Assembly (NCBI GenBank): GCA_029856155.1
Contig: JAHQWL010000055.1
Coordinates: 64,001-128,000, forward strand
DNA length: 64,000 nt
Direction of reading: 5' to 3'
Source of the DNA: Promethearchaeia archaeon
GTDB lineage: Archaea; Asgardarchaeota; Lokiarchaeia; Sigyniarchaeales; SOKP01
How positions within the stretch are numbered: the stretch's first letter is position 1; each line of letters opens with the position of its first letter. Positions 39,395 to 49,285 of the stretch are shown in pieces. The translations under genes were made by a program, and so were the position numbers. Under the pieces are notes generated by a model, which saw only the letters and a list, made by a program, of their open reading frames with translations, did no database searches and had not been told where the DNA came from.

Positions 39395-41482
39395 CTACAT
39401 TTTTTCGACTCGACATAAAAGAGCTTTTGTTGATACTGAAGCTGTTATTGAATCCTTTGGGCCATCGTCTGTAATTTGATTAATGTTTAACTTTTCCCAC
39501 CCATCTTCTCTTCCATACCAGAACCCGTGAGGTGTGTGAACAATTTTTGGATGTGTCTCCTCGAAGTACTTAACTTTAACCTCAACTTTACCTCTTGGTG
39601 AAACCAAATGAACCCACTCTCCGTCTTCAATTCCTAGACTTTTACATGTATCAGGATGTATTTCAAGTTCAGGATCCGGTGCGTTTTTCCTAAGAGATGG
39701 AATATTTCGAAATGAGGAATGATAATAGGACAAGATTCTCCTCCCTGTGGTTAATACAAGAGGGTATTTCTTCCATAGATCAGGGGTGCTAACAGGGCTT
39801 TCTGGTGGTTCCTTATACGCAGGAATAGGATTTAAACCCCATTCTTCAAAATACTTTGGACACAATCCAATTTTACCCGATGGTGTATTAAACCTACCCC
39901 TTTTTTCATACAATTTGTATTTCATGGGAAGAGAAAATTTGCCGACTTTTTTAAATTCCTCAAATGTCATCCCAATAGGTTCTAAGCGATAATTGAGAGA
40001 TTCTTCAACTGTCTGCCAATAGTCTTTGAGACCCATTTTTTTAGCGAGTTCAACTAAGATTTCTTTTTCGCAACGACACTCTGGAACGGGTTCTACAGCT
40101 TTCACTTGACAGAAAACATGGTTTTTCATGCTCAAATCTTCAATATCATCCCTTTCTGTCCAATGCGCTGCTGGAAGCACGACATCCGCCATTTGTGTGG
40201 TAGGTGTGTGGAAGTAATCCACGGAAAATAGAAATTCTAAAGCATTTAAAGCTTCCTTGACATGTTTAGAGTTAGCATATGCACACATGGGATTAGTAGC
40301 AAACAATCCAATGGTTTTAACAGGATACGGGTCTTCCTTAAGAATAGCATCCCATACTAATTCAGGAGTTACTGACATTCCTGTGAAGCGTATCCCTGGA
40401 AATTTATCACGACCTATTTTTTTCTTTGCTTGTTCAGCTGATAACGCGATTTCATATTGATAGTCGCCCCCATAACAACTCCGCGCTTTTGTTGGAGGTA
40501 CATGACTTACATTTCCTCCTTTAATGTCTAAATTTCCGGTAATCGCGGCTAAAATGGTGAGTGAGCGTGTGAGATCGAAAACATTAATTGATTGGCAGGC
40601 ACCACCAGGACCAGGACCCATCGCAGCAGGCTTAGTTGTAGCATAGGTGATCGCTGCCGCTTCTATCTCTTCAGATGGAATCCATGTTAATTCAGCAACA
40701 CGGTCCAAATTGAATTCTGAGGCACGTTCCTTTAACTGGTCAAAACCTTCGGTCCATTTTTCTACGAATTCTTTATCGTATAGTTCATTTTCAATGATTA
40801 CGTTTATGAAACAAAGAGCCAATGCTACATCAGTTCCAGGTCTAATGGCAAGCCAGTGATCTGCTTTGCGTGTATATGAATTACCTCTAGGATCAACAAC
40901 AATGAGTTTAGCTCCTGCTTTTAAACCTTTTCTAATGAAATAATTATAAATTCCGGGGTATGATTTTTCAGGATTATGTGCCCACAACAATATGCATTTA
41001 CTATTCCCATAGTCAGGATCGAGTATTCCAAATCCAGCGGTGAGAGAGCTTGCGAGGACAATAGGAGCACCGCTCATGTGACCAGCTGACATGAAATTAG
41101 GTGTCCCAAATAGACTCATAAAGCGGTAAATCCAAGGTGGCATGCCTCTTGTCGTGCCTTGACCAAATACGACGGATTCAGCCCCCCATTTTTCTCGCGT
41201 TTCAAGGAGTTTTTTAGCTATAGTGTCAAGAGCTTTTTCCCAAGATACTTCCTCAAACTTTCCTTCTCCTCGTTTCCCAACTCTTATCAATGGTTTGGTC
41301 AGTCGTTCAGGATGATATATTATCTCCATACATGCCCTCCCTTTTGGGCACATATATCCATGGCTTATGGGATGGTCCTTGTCTCCTTTTACTCCCACTA
41401 TTTTTCCATCTTTTACTTCGAGAAGCACACCACAACGGGAGTGACAGTCAAAACAGATCGTTCGAACAGTTTTAGTACTCAT
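39395..41482 (-). CDS. Mo/W-bisPGD oxidoreductase of the acetylene-hydratase-like clade, single subunit
   Basis: CFDCHSRC...C FS0, RFMSLFGTPN, IRPGTD, DPYPVK, TPTTQMADVVLPAAHWTER, TPSGKI, PHGFW. Confidence 0.8.
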   Translation of the reverse strand: MSTKTVRTICFDCHSRCGVLLEVKDGKIVGVKGDKDHPISHGYMCPKGRACMEIIYHPERLTKPLIRVGKRGEGKFEEVSWEKALDTIAKKLLETREKWGAESVVFGQGTTRGMPPWIYRFMSLFGTPNFMSAGHMSGAPIVLASSLTAGFGILDPDYGNSKCILLWAHNPEKSYPGIYNYFIRKGLKAGAKLIVVDPRGNSYTRKADHWLAIRPGTDVALALCFINVIIENELYDKEFVEKWTEGFDQLKERASEFNLDRVAELTWIPSEEIEAAAITYATTKPAAMGPGPGGACQSINVFDLTRSLTILAAITGNLDIKGGNVSHVPPTKARSCYGGDYQYEIALSAEQAKKKIGRDKFPGIRFTGMSVTPELVWDAILKEDPYPVKTIGLFATNPMCAYANSKHVKEALNALEFLFSVDYFHTPTTQMADVVLPAAHWTERDDIEDLSMKNHVFCQVKAVEPVPECRCEKEILVELAKKMGLKDYWQTVEESLNYRLEPIGMTFEEFKKVGKFSLPMKYKLYEKRGRFNTPSGKIGLCPKYFEEWGLNPIPAYKEPPESPVSTPDLWKKYPLVLTTGRRILSYYHSSFRNIPSLRKNAPDPELEIHPDTCKSLGIEDGEWVHLVSPRGKVEVKVKYFEETHPKIVHTPHGFWYGREDGWEKLNINQITDDGPKDSITASVSTKALLCRVEKM

Positions 41483-41731
41483 ACCCTACTCAATTTTAGC
41501 AATTTTAACAATTTTAGTATTTATGAATATTTCTTTATTTATAATCTTTCAAATCAGAGATTGAAAATGTTAATATCTAATCTTTTCGCTTTCCCATAAA
41601 GATATTATAATAAAAAATATTAAAATCGGAATAAAATATACAGCATATATTTAAAAATTTCTAATCCCTAATATAAACAGTAGTTAATTTTTTCATCCTT
41701 TTAAAATAATTTAGAAGAGAAGTTTCGAAAA

Positions 41732-44206
41732 ATGGTGCAGATTATAGAGAAAGCAGATAAATCGAAACCCGAATCTTTATTGGAAAGAGTATTAACTGTA
41801 CAGCCAACTGAGAGAGTGGAGAGGCATAGGCAACGCTATATAGACCGTAAACTTGTATACTCGATTGATAGAGATCGTATTGAAGTGAGGGTTATGAAGG
41901 AAACAGAAGGTGAGCCGATGATAACTCGCAAAGCGAAGCTCTTTCAAACCATAGTTAGAGAGTTACCCATCGACATCTTTCCAGATGAGCTTTTAGTCGG
42001 TTGGTATGATCCTATACCAAACAACTGCCCTCTTCCTGTAAGAAGTGACCCTAATCTAGAAAATTATCTCGATGTTATTAGTAGTCGAGAACGCAATCCA
42101 ATTTTAATTACCCCAGAACAGATGAGAGAATTAAAAGAGGAAATTATTCCCTACTGGAAGGGGCAAGGCAATTGGGAAAGAACACGCCATGATCCTGCTC
42201 ATTACAAGCCAGTTCCTAAGGGATTTACTTTTGAAAGGTGGTATAATGAGAGTAGAACGATGGCATATTGGCATATTGGTCACTTCATTCCCAATAATGA
42301 AAAAGTATTGAAAAAGGGATTTTTGGGAATAAAGAAGGATGCTGAGGAAAGGTTGGGAAGGATCGATCGGACCAATCCTGAAGAGGTCAAAAAAATACCC
42401 TTCCTTGAAGGTGTGATTATGGTTATGGAAGCCGCAGCTTCCATCGGTAAGCGTTTTGCTACCAGGGCAAGAGAATTAGCCGAAAAGGAAGTAGATTCTA
42501 AAAGGAAGGCTGAATTACTCAAAATAGCTGAAGTGTGCGATTGGGTACCCGCAAATCCCGCGAGAACATTCTACGAAGCGATACAATCAATCTGGTTTTC
42601 ACATATCCTTCATTGGTGGGAAATCCGTGATGTGGCATCCATTAGTCCTGGAAGAATGGATCAGTATCTGTATCCTTACTATGAAGCCGATATAAGAGAG
42701 GGGAGAATTACCAAAAATGAAGCACAGGAACTTATTGATTGCTTCCTTCTAAGACCTTCATGGTTTCTTTATAGTTTAAACACCCCAAAAGGTTATCTTC
42801 TAACGGATACTGCCGGAATTGCACAGCATGTTGATGTAGGTGGTCTCAGATCAGATGGAACCGATGCTACTACTGAACTTTCATACATGATTCTTGAGGG
42901 TATGATGCATACCAGATTAGTAGAACCTGATGTAGGAATCTTGCTTCACAGTAGAACACCTGAAGATCTCCTCATTAAGGCCTGTCAGCTTTGTGCACTT
43001 GGAACAGGTCATCCTGAATTTCTCAATCATGATAACTTTATTGTTAATCTCCTTGGCCGAGCGACATACGGTGGAGATTCACCAATAACACTGGAGATTG
43101 CCAGAAAGGCTAGTGCAATGGGCTGCGCTGAGCCATCTTTAGCTGGTATGGATTCTGGGTATTGTACCTCAGTTTATATCCCATTACTTCCAGGAGTCTT
43201 AATATCGGTGTTGACAAATGGAAGGAGGGGCTGGCTCGAAGGAATTACAGCTCCTAAAACCGGAGATCCTAACAACTTCAAAAGCTTTGAAGAATTACGG
43301 GAAGCATTTAGAAAACAACTCGTCTGGGGATTTGATATGGAGACAATTGCCACCAATATTGGCGAGAGACTTATGGCCGAATACGACCCAACTATATATC
43401 AATCAGCACTCATAGAGGACTGCATTGAAAAAGGGTTATGCAGGGAAGAAGGTGGAGCTAGGTTTAATTTTGGGCCATTCGTATCATGTGTTGGTGTTAC
43501 CGATGTCGGAGATTCCTTGGCCGCTATTAAAAAACTTGTGTTTGAAGAAAAAAAGATTACTATAGACCAGTTGGTCGATGCATTGGATAAGAATTTTGAA
43601 GGTTACGAAGACTTGCGCCAAATGTTGTTAAAAGTACCTAAATTTGGAAATGACAACGACTATGCCGATGAACAAACAGCGTGGGTAATGCGCACTTTCG
43701 CTCAAGAAGCGATAAAACAAAAAAATACGCGTGGTGGTCGAAAAATACCGGTTCACATACCTTTAAGTAGCTATGTCAGAGCTGGTGCGGCTGTAGGAGC
43801 ACTCCCTTCTGGAAGACTAGCCGAAGAACCGCTAGCAGATTCACTCGCGCCCACGAAAGGTAGCGATGTTAGTGGTCCTACTGCGGTTTTCAAGTCAGTA
43901 GGTAAGATCAACCATGCCGAGGTTTTCGCAGGAATTTCCTGCAATATGAGGCTAGATCCAGTGATGTTCAAGGAAGATTATGGCTTCAAAAGGTTTGCAG
44001 ATCTAATGAGAGTTTTTGTCGACCAGAAAATACATCATATCCAGTTTAATGTAATTTCATCAGATACATTAAAGGCAGCCCAAAAAGAACCCGATAAATA
44101 CAGGGATTTAATGGTGAGAGTAGCTGGGTATGTAGCTCGATTTGTTGAGCTGCCTGAGTCGGTACAAGATAGTATTATCGATCGAACGGTACATGGTTCA
44201 TATTAA
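41732..44206 (+). CDS. Glycyl radical enzyme, unclassified (PflD/eliminase-like)
   Basis: Cys loop MGCAEP (Cys codon 43124..43126), Gly loop RVAGY (Gly codon 44126..44128), SPGRMDQY, PKFGND, HIQFNV. Confidence 0.93.
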   Translation: MVQIIEKADKSKPESLLERVLTVQPTERVERHRQRYIDRKLVYSIDRDRIEVRVMKETEGEPMITRKAKLFQTIVRELPIDIFPDELLVGWYDPIPNNCPLPVRSDPNLENYLDVISSRERNPILITPEQMRELKEEIIPYWKGQGNWERTRHDPAHYKPVPKGFTFERWYNESRTMAYWHIGHFIPNNEKVLKKGFLGIKKDAEERLGRIDRTNPEEVKKIPFLEGVIMVMEAAASIGKRFATRARELAEKEVDSKRKAELLKIAEVCDWVPANPARTFYEAIQSIWFSHILHWWEIRDVASISPGRMDQYLYPYYEADIREGRITKNEAQELIDCFLLRPSWFLYSLNTPKGYLLTDTAGIAQHVDVGGLRSDGTDATTELSYMILEGMMHTRLVEPDVGILLHSRTPEDLLIKACQLCALGTGHPEFLNHDNFIVNLLGRATYGGDSPITLEIARKASAMGCAEPSLAGMDSGYCTSVYIPLLPGVLISVLTNGRRGWLEGITAPKTGDPNNFKSFEELREAFRKQLVWGFDMETIATNIGERLMAEYDPTIYQSALIEDCIEKGLCREEGGARFNFGPFVSCVGVTDVGDSLAAIKKLVFEEKKITIDQLVDALDKNFEGYEDLRQMLLKVPKFGNDNDYADEQTAWVMRTFAQEAIKQKNTRGGRKIPVHIPLSSYVRAGAAVGALPSGRLAEEPLADSLAPTKGSDVSGPTAVFKSVGKINHAEVFAGISCNMRLDPVMFKEDYGFKRFADLMRVFVDQKIHHIQFNVISSDTLKAAQKEPDKYRDLMVRVAGYVARFVELPESVQDSIIDRTVHGSY

Positions 44207-44244
44207 TAATTGTTAATTTTAAAAATTTATTTCTTTTTTTAACT

Positions 44245-45156
44245 TTAGATAAATTCTGAGAGGATCTCATTATTTAAACGCTTATATAGTTCCGCTTTGG
44301 ATGGGACGCTCCCAAAAATGAGCTCTTCAACACCAACATCCAAATATTCTTGGATGCGATTGATAATAAAAGAGGTAGAGCCAGTTAACGTCCAATCTCC
44401 TCGTATTTTGCGATATCTTATTGCTTTTTTCTCGTCATTTTCTAGATGAATGGGCATATGTAAAGTCTTCTTTATTTCCTTTGGATCACGCCCAAATTCT
44501 TCACAGTGGCGCTCTAAGACTTCAATTTTACGTTTAAACATTTCGGGGGATCCTGGTGCGTTAAAATCAAGATTACAAATATCTCCAAACCTTGCCAATG
44601 TTCTTAATGTTCGTTTTTCTCCGTTTCCTCCTATTAAAATCGGCATATGTGGTTTCTGCGTACAAGGCGGTGAAAAGTAAGCGTTTTTCAGCGTGTAATA
44701 CTGTCCATTGTAACTAACTGGTCCTTCTGTTGTAAAGAGTAACTTGATCAGCTCTACTGCCTCTTCGAGACGATCGCTTCGTTCTTTAGCACTTGGAAAT
44801 TCCCAACCGAAGGCTTCATATTCTCGCTTATACCAACCGGCGCCAATTCCAAGGATAAACCGACCACCTGAAATTTGGTCCACGGTTGCCGCCATCTTTG
44901 CTAATAAGGCAGGATTGCGGTATGTATTGCCTGATACAAGAACACCTAATCGTAAGCGCTCTGTAACTGTAGCAGCTGCAGTTATAAGCGACCACCCCTC
45001 TAAAGCATCTTTATGCTCTACATTATCTCCAATTGGTGGAAAAAAATGGTCCGAGACCCAAAGACTGGACCACGGTCCTGACTCTACAGTTTTAATTGTG
45101 GAAAGAATACTTTCCCATGAGGTCAAATAATTATTTATCTGGGCACCAAATTGCAT
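44245..45156 (-). CDS. LLM-class (probably F420-dependent) oxidoreductase, copy 2
   Basis: SDHF, YRNPALLAKMAATVDQISGGRFILGIGAGW; close paralog of 37484..38401. Confidence 0.9.
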   Translation of the reverse strand: MQFGAQINNYLTSWESILSTIKTVESGPWSSLWVSDHFFPPIGDNVEHKDALEGWSLITAAATVTERLRLGVLVSGNTYRNPALLAKMAATVDQISGGRFILGIGAGWYKREYEAFGWEFPSAKERSDRLEEAVELIKLLFTTEGPVSYNGQYYTLKNAYFSPPCTQKPHMPILIGGNGEKRTLRTLARFGDICNLDFNAPGSPEMFKRKIEVLERHCEEFGRDPKEIKKTLHMPIHLENDEKKAIRYRKIRGDWTLTGSTSFIINRIQEYLDVGVEELIFGSVPSKAELYKRLNNEILSEFI

Positions 45157-45270
45157 TGATAATCCTCTTCTATTACATAAAAGTTAATTCTTAAATTAGA
45201 TTTTTTAAATAATAATAGTTTTTTTAAAATTTAATAGTTGTTTTATTGCTTTCAAGATTTATAATATTCA

Positions 45271-46950
45271 ATGTCAAAAAAAATACATGGTGGAGATATT
45301 TTAGTTAAATGTCTCCTTGAGGAGAATGTTAAATACTTGTTTGGGATTCCTGGTGGTCAACTCCTCCCAATGTATGACGCAATTTATCAATGGGGTAGAG
45401 AAAAAGGAATTAGTACCGTATTATTTCGCCACGAACAAGTTGCAGCTCACGCAGCTGATGCTTATGCCCGAGTCACTAATACACCTGGGGTATGTTTTGG
45501 AACTGTAGGACCAGGAGCTTTGCACCTATTACCTGGAATAGGAGCTGCGTGGAGCGATAATGTTCCGGTAGTTGCTATAGTACCCCAGGTAAATGCACAA
45601 TATGAAGATTCTTTCATTCTCCAAGGTAATTTAGATCAGATTGCATTGTTCAAACCAATTACTAAGTATCAAAAGTCGATTAGAAGAATAGAAGAAATTC
45701 CTGATGCTGTACATAAGATATTTCGAGAAGTAAGTAGTGGACGACCACAACCTGTGGTTTTGGAGGTTTTTTCGGATGCATTTTATGATAACATTGAAGA
45801 AGATCATTTATCTATCTTGCCTTCTAATCAATATCGAGCAATAAAAAAACCTGCTGTAGATATCTCTTTAATAAAAGAATCTCTGGAATTACTAATATCA
45901 GCTAAAAAACCACTAATCGTATCTGGTGGCGGAGTTTTAAGAGCTGAAGCATGGAACGAGTTAAAGGAGCTTGCTGAATATTTACAAATACCCGTTATTA
46001 CAAGCCTTGGAGGAACAGGATCTTTTTCGAATAAATCTAAATGTTTTCTTGGGGGTTTAAATTTGTTTTCAGTCCAAGCTACGGTAGGAGCAGATGTAGT
46101 ATTAGCCCTTGGTGTTAAATTTTCATATACCTTAGCACTCGGAAAACCACCAGCTTGGGAGGATTCTCAAAAATTAATCCATGTTGATATAGATCCATCC
46201 ATAATTGGAAGATCGAAACCAATAACATTGGGTATTGTAGCTGATTGCAAACAATATTTAACACAATTACTAACAGAACTAAAAAAAAGTATTCATGTTG
46301 AAAAAAGAGATTGGTTGGAAACTTTAGTCACCAATAAAAAAAAATATCACGCTACTTTTATAAAAAAAGCTAACACCAATGAAATTCCGATTACTCCTGT
46401 AAGAATGGTTAAAGAAGTTTATGAATTTATGGATGAGGATGCTATTTTAATCACCGATGGAGGAGACCTTACTGTTTTTGCGGTAGAATCTATAAACTTA
46501 TATAAGGATCGAAAACCCTTATCATACCTTCAAGCAATTGGGATGGGACACCTTGGTGTATCCGTAGGCTACGGAATTGGGGCAAAGTTAGGAAAACCTG
46601 ATAAACAGGTGATTGCTATCTGTGGAGATGGGAGCTTCATGATAAACATCCAAGATTTAGAAACAGCAGTCAGATTAGGATTGAAAAATTTAATTTTTAT
46701 AATTGGGAACAATTCTTGCTGGGGAATGATTAAGAGTGACCAAGTTTTTAAATTTAATAATCGCTTTATTGACGTAGACTTGCCTTATTGCAATTTCGGG
46801 AAAATAGCTGAATCCTTTGGATGCTACGGTGAGGAAGTTGTAGATCCTAATGAAATTAATCCTGCTTTAGAGCGTGCAAAAAATTCGGAAAAACCCGCGG
46901 TTATAGATGTTAAAATTAAATTTGAAAGCTCCAGTATGTCTGGAGGATAA
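45271..46950 (+). CDS. ThDP-dependent enzyme, acetolactate synthase/2-hydroxyacyl-CoA lyase (IlvB-like) family
   Basis: HGG, RHEQ, GPG, DGGD and the GDGSF...NN ThDP motif; no small regulatory subunit adjacent. Confidence 0.88.
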   Translation: MSKKIHGGDILVKCLLEENVKYLFGIPGGQLLPMYDAIYQWGREKGISTVLFRHEQVAAHAADAYARVTNTPGVCFGTVGPGALHLLPGIGAAWSDNVPVVAIVPQVNAQYEDSFILQGNLDQIALFKPITKYQKSIRRIEEIPDAVHKIFREVSSGRPQPVVLEVFSDAFYDNIEEDHLSILPSNQYRAIKKPAVDISLIKESLELLISAKKPLIVSGGGVLRAEAWNELKELAEYLQIPVITSLGGTGSFSNKSKCFLGGLNLFSVQATVGADVVLALGVKFSYTLALGKPPAWEDSQKLIHVDIDPSIIGRSKPITLGIVADCKQYLTQLLTELKKSIHVEKRDWLETLVTNKKKYHATFIKKANTNEIPITPVRMVKEVYEFMDEDAILITDGGDLTVFAVESINLYKDRKPLSYLQAIGMGHLGVSVGYGIGAKLGKPDKQVIAICGDGSFMINIQDLETAVRLGLKNLIFIIGNNSCWGMIKSDQVFKFNNRFIDVDLPYCNFGKIAESFGCYGEEVVDPNEINPALERAKNSEKPAVIDVKIKFESSSMSGG

Positions 46951-46968
46951 TCGTTAAGTAATTAATTG

Positions 46969-48288
46969 TTAATCAAATTTAAGAGAATACAAAATATCTC
47001 TTAAATTTTCAGAATAATAATTAGCGTTGGCATAAATGCTAATGACAATCCGATGATCATCTTTTTCAACCGAAAGATGGATGCTTATAATCTTAAAAAT
47101 ACCTGCGTATTTATATTCAATAACACTTTCATAAGCAGGTGTTCCGTCTCTTAAAGTTTTCGGTTCATTGGAAATAATATTTATATCTCTTGCTATATCC
47201 TTGATTCGTCCTGCAATTTGTTGGGCAGTTTCATCTAATGGTCGATCATGTATCGAAGATTTAATAACAGAAATCAAAAGATCAATACCAGGCTCTTTAG
47301 TGGCAATTAAGACCGGTTTATTCTCTGGAAAGTTCATTGGGTTTGGTTTCAATTCTATAAAACTTTCGGGGTAATATATGGAAAAAACAGGCGTATAGCT
47401 TTTAAAGATCTTCGATTTTTTTTCACTTTTTGCCTTAAATCCTTCATGCAATTCTAAAGTATCTTCACTAATGCACTCAAACCGAGACTTTACCAATGGT
47501 ATGTATTCTGGATGAGTTAAAACATAAAATATGTCGTTTTTAATTGCTTTAATCACTAATTCTGCCAAATATTCTGGAGCCATTGCTCCCGCCAAGATTC
47601 TATTCATATTTTCCCTACTAATTTCTGATTGTTTAATCGTTTCTGCTGGTGGTTGCCAAACACCTGGTCGGTTTTGTCTAAATATATGTGTATTATTTAT
47701 AATATTTGTATTAACACGCCCAGGACAAACTACAGATACGCCCACATTTGTATTAAAGCATTCTAAAGCCAAAGATTCAGAAATTGCGATTACAGCGGAT
47801 TTAGATGTAGGATATGGTGAATTGTCACCTGAAAGTAATCCTGCCATTGATGAAGTATTAACAATATGGCATGGTTCTTCACTTGTTAACATTCGATTTA
47901 AAAAATGTTGAATACCATAGATAACCCCAAAAACATTAACACCAAGAATCCAATTCCAATTTTCAAGTGTAATTAAACTAATGCGCCCAGCTCCTCCGAC
48001 CCCCGCATTGTTACAAAGTATATTTACGGACCCAAAACGTTCATAAGAAGCATCTGCTAATTGGGCCACCTGTTCTGGGTCACTCACATCTGTTATTTGA
48101 GTCATTACTTCAGTCCCGATTTCTTCAAGTTCTTTTGCTACCTTATCTAGATTTTCTTTATCGATGTCTGCTAGGACAATTTTCATCCCCCGTTTAGCAA
48201 AACCATAAGCAAGTCCACGCCCAATACCACTTGCCGCTCCCGTAATTACAGCAACCTTTCCTTTAAAATCTTTTATCATAATGTTCAC
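46969..48288 (-). CDS. Short-chain dehydrogenase with a ~150-aa C-terminal extra domain (PsbP/Mog1-like by pattern)
   Basis: TGAASGIG, NNAG, YPTSK. Start may be the ATG at 48279. Confidence 0.85.
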   Translation of the reverse strand: MNIMIKDFKGKVAVITGAASGIGRGLAYGFAKRGMKIVLADIDKENLDKVAKELEEIGTEVMTQITDVSDPEQVAQLADASYERFGSVNILCNNAGVGGAGRISLITLENWNWILGVNVFGVIYGIQHFLNRMLTSEEPCHIVNTSSMAGLLSGDNSPYPTSKSAVIAISESLALECFNTNVGVSVVCPGRVNTNIINNTHIFRQNRPGVWQPPAETIKQSEISRENMNRILAGAMAPEYLAELVIKAIKNDIFYVLTHPEYIPLVKSRFECISEDTLELHEGFKAKSEKKSKIFKSYTPVFSIYYPESFIELKPNPMNFPENKPVLIATKEPGIDLLISVIKSSIHDRPLDETAQQIAGRIKDIARDINIISNEPKTLRDGTPAYESVIEYKYAGIFKIISIHLSVEKDDHRIVISIYANANYYSENLRDILYSLKFD

Positions 48289-48432
48289 ATCAATTTATAT
48301 TCGAAATTAGACCTTCTTTACTTAAAAGAAATTCATACTATGCTAATATGCCAAAGCTGTTAAATATAATAAAACTTAGTTACATATAATTTTCTATAAA
48401 AATCACTGATTATTATATATAAAAACTTAAAA

Positions 48433-49203
48433 GTGAAACATATGGAAGTATTAGATGGGAAAGTAGCCTTAATAACTGGTGGCTCGAGTGGTATTGGGAA
48501 ATGTATCGCTCTAACATATGCCAAAGCAGGAGCCAGTGTTGTGGTTGCAAGCCGAAAACAGGAGAATCTCGATAAAGTAGTTGAAGAAATCAGAGCATTT
48601 GGGAGGGAATCGCTTGCTATATCTACTGATGTTAAGATTCCGGAACAGGTTGAAAATATGGTTAAACAAACAGTAGATCATTTTGGACGACTTGATATAA
48701 TGGTTAACAACGCTGGTAGGGGGATCCCGACTCAACCATTAGATATCTCTGTCAAAGAATGGAATCATGTCCTTGCTCTCAATCTCACGGGGGTTTTTCT
48801 TGGAAGTTTGGCTGCTGGTAAGGTAATGATTGAGCAGAAACAAGGTAAAATTATCAATATAGCCTCAACGGCGGGAGTTATAATGTCTCCGGGAATGATG
48901 CATTATTCTGTTGCAAAAGCAGGTGTCATCATGCTAACTAAAAATTTAGCAGCTTCATGGGCGGAGCATAACATTAATGTAAATTGTATTGCTCCGGGGT
49001 TCACATTGACCGAAAGAATAATACAATGGGGGATATTAGCTCCTGAACAATATGATGATAGTACACCTCGACTATTACGTCCTCCAGTTCCTAAAAATAT
49101 CGCTGATCTGGCTCTTTTTCTCGCTTCGCCAGCGTCCGATCAAATAACCGGTGAACTTCTAATTATAAGGAGTCATTTTTCTTGGGATCGTGGATCCCAA
49201 TAA
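48433..49203 (+). CDS. Classical SDR oxidoreductase (FabG-like family)
   Basis: TGGSSGIG, NNAG, YSVAK, NCIAPG. Confidence 0.92.
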   Translation: MKHMEVLDGKVALITGGSSGIGKCIALTYAKAGASVVVASRKQENLDKVVEEIRAFGRESLAISTDVKIPEQVENMVKQTVDHFGRLDIMVNNAGRGIPTQPLDISVKEWNHVLALNLTGVFLGSLAAGKVMIEQKQGKIINIASTAGVIMSPGMMHYSVAKAGVIMLTKNLAASWAEHNINVNCIAPGFTLTERIIQWGILAPEQYDDSTPRLLRPPVPKNIADLALFLASPASDQITGELLIIRSHFSWDRGSQ

Positions 49204-49285
49204 ATATACAATATAAATTTATATTTAATGTGATTTTTTCTATAGTATCTTAATAAGAAAAAAGAAGTATTTAGGGAAAAACCCG

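Noticed and set aside
39395-41482. Selenocysteine-containing Mo enzyme or true acetylene hydratase
   Set aside because: The ligand codon is AGC (Ser) with no in-frame TGA, and the AH catalytic Asp is absent
41732-44206. Pyruvate formate-lyase, alkyl/benzylsuccinate synthase, or a fucose-linked propanediol dehydratase
   Set aside because: No CC pair, no fumarate-adding Cys-loop signature or small subunits, and the diol-dehydratase H/D residues appear substituted
45271-46950. Sulfoacetaldehyde acetyltransferase (Xsc) or biosynthetic ilvB
   Set aside because: The N-terminal motifs fit the IlvB-like/HACL group rather than Xsc, and there are no ilvN/ilvC neighbours
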